NCBI RefSeq assembly: GCF_964194155.1
Contig: NC_135897.1
Span: 63,550,001-63,614,000, forward strand
DNA from: Cetorhinus maximus
Taxonomy: Eukaryota
Direction: 5' to 3'
DNA length: 64,000 nucleotides
Shown here: positions 62,030 to 64,000 of the stretch, piece after piece
How positions within the stretch are numbered: the first letter of the stretch is position 1
Layout of the letters: each line of letters begins with the position of its first letter
The notes under the pieces: generated by a model
What the model was told of the DNA's origin: nothing
Seen by the model: only the letters and a program-made list of their open reading frames with translations
The model's database searches: none
Program-made: the position numbers and the translations under genes

Positions 62030-62200
62030 ACAAAAGCAAAATACTGCAGTTGTGGAAACCTGGAATAAAAGCAAAATTCTGGAAATACTCAGCATGTCAG
62101 GCAGCACCTGCAGAGAGAACAGTTAACACTTCAGGTTGATGACCCTTTATCAGATCTGATGAAACGTCGACCTGAAACATTAACTTATTATTTCTGGCTT
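62030..62200. mobile_element. Penelope pLTR remnant with inverted terminal segment
   Basis: aaaagcaaaatactgcag...ctggaaatactcagc...gttaacacttcaggttgatgaccctttatcaga|tctgatgaaacgtcgacctgaaacattaac carries back-to-back hammerhead-like motifs. Confidence 0.65.
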
Positions 62201-62854
62201 TCTCTTGTTCTTATATCTTCAGCTTTTATGGCTATGGAGGTAGCTGCAGTGCCCAAAAAAATTTAAATGCCTGGAGCGTTTGTTTTTACCGTGGCTAATT
62301 GATAAAAGTAGCTGACTGAAATATAGAGTGTGCCTACATGGTGAGGGGATGGGAGTGCAAGTGAGTGTGCAGGTTAATAAGTTAGTACTTGAGGTTCATT
62401 GGGAGAGGAAAATTCTATTGGTCATAGGATATTTGGGCAATCAGGCTTGCCTAGTTTATATGGCTACATTTTCATTATATCTATTCCTGGCGTGGTTTAC
62501 CGTATACCACTGTTGACAATTCATTTAGTGATCATACAAACTGGAGAGCATGTAAGGTGCCAGTATTGCATTGTCCAAAAAATAAATTATTGGTAACTTG
62601 TCAAAACTCTGGCCTGAGAAATTTTTCATGTGTCCGTATAAGGGAGATTTGTCAAGCTTCAGCGAATGAAGATTTTATGGAGGAAGAGGAATTTTGAGTC
62701 CACAGCGTGACGTATGACAAAAAACGTAGAAATTTGTAATTGTGTGTTGGAAACTGCTGGTGTAGTTGCTTTCTTAATGAAATTGTGTAAATTGTTACAA
62801 TCCATGGAAAGACCGATAACTTTTTAAAAGAAATTTGAACTTCCATTGACTGAC

Positions 62855-63225
62855 ATGATTGAAGTATATAAGATCCTGAACAATCTTGACAAGGTGGACG
62901 TGGAAAGGATGTTTCCTCGTGGGTGAGTCCAGAACTAGGAGGGGGGCACTGTTTTAAAATTAGGGGTTGCTCTTTAAGGACAGAAATGAGGAGAAATTTT
63001 TTGAGGGCTGTGCAACTTTGGAACACTCTGCCTCAGGAGGCGGGGTCATTGAATATTTTTAAGGCAGATGTAGATAGATTCTTGTTAGGCAAGAGAATCA
63101 AAGGTTAACGGGGGTAGATGGGAATGTGAAATTCGAAACACAAGCAGAGCAGCCATGATCTTATTGAATGGCGGAGCAGGCTCGAGGGGTCGAATGGCCT
63201 ACTCCTTTTTCTTATATTCTTATGA
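62855..63225 (+). mobile_element. CR1 LINE 3' end
   Basis: GHCFKIRGCSLRTEMRRNF...LWNTLP. Same subfamily as 16490-16860. Confidence 0.85.
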
Positions 63226-64000
63226 CTGACTGGAAAGGTCAGAAGACAAATTAATTAAAAGCAACATTGAAAAAAATGCTATTTTTGTAGGCAACTTATA
63301 CTTTAACTACAGAAAACTTAACTGTTTAACTGTTGATATATGGGAAAATTCCATGTTACGGTTGTACTTCACACTGTCTCCAGAAGCCAATCTAAAGTGA
63401 TTCTTAGCTTCTGTGGGCTGGCTTCCTTACTTTTTCTTTCCCACAACTCACTTCTATCTTGGAGTTAAATATACAGTTCAAAGTATGACTGTTCATAAAG
63501 CCTGATCTTCCAAACACTTCCCTTTGAGACTTGGAGGCTAAAAGCCTATTCACTGTCAGTGCAGCTGCTCTAGTCGTGCTTTACACGTGTGAAAATCTTG
63601 CACCTTCTTCCCAGTAAATCAATTTGGGCCTCGCTGGCTCCATAGCAACCAAGCCACCCAGGCTTTTTGTGGAGCAGGTCTCATGTCCCCCTTCACTAAT
63701 GCATTTTACTTTAAATTAAACACAGTCCCAAAACATAAACTTTTAAACTTTGCATTTGAAACAAAATATTTTATTTCCAGGTAATAACTTACATCTATAA
63801 AACAGTACTGGTTAAGAGCTAAATGCTACATTCATGAACTAGGAATAGCCTTGGGCTACCCAAACATGCATTTTCACATGTGTACAGAGTACTTACTATG
63901 TCTTCTCCAAAATCCTAGTTCTGTTTTTCTCTTCTGTATTGTAAAGATGATCAATTTTCAGTTGAATCATAGTGCACTAGTTCAAAGGTACTGCACAGTT

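Overview
Eukaryotic, repeat-rich vertebrate DNA. The repeat content (DeuSINE, CR1/L2, Penelope and Harbinger families) suggests a cartilaginous fish; this is inference. There are two spliced host genes arranged head-to-head. On the minus strand is an ADPRHL1/ARH2-like ADP-ribosylhydrolase-fold gene: coding exons 1-5 lie at 21584->1590, give 255 uninterrupted codons with GT-AG junctions in phase, and the gene runs off the left edge. On the plus strand is DCUN1D1, with an ATG-only first coding exon at 26236-26238, exon 2 at 34286-34502 and exon 3 at 56970-57138, running off the right edge. In mammals ADPRHL1 lies beside DCUN1D2, so this divergent copy beside DCUN1D1 looks like a retained ohnolog with a further-degenerated active site. 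The introns hold a complete but decayed two-gene PIF/Harbinger transposon, many CR1/L2/RTE/Penelope fragments (some with hammerhead-like motifs), and two near-identical inverted copies of a short tRNA-headed SINE. They also hold a 4.9-kb LTR provirus with a tRNA-Ser PBS, RNase H and integrase-C-terminal remnants, and an env of the paramyxo-F/foamy/lokiretrovirus type rather than the gamma type. Most ORFs in the supplied track are spurious or fragments of transposable elements. All protein comparisons were made by eye against recalled sequences, not database searches.
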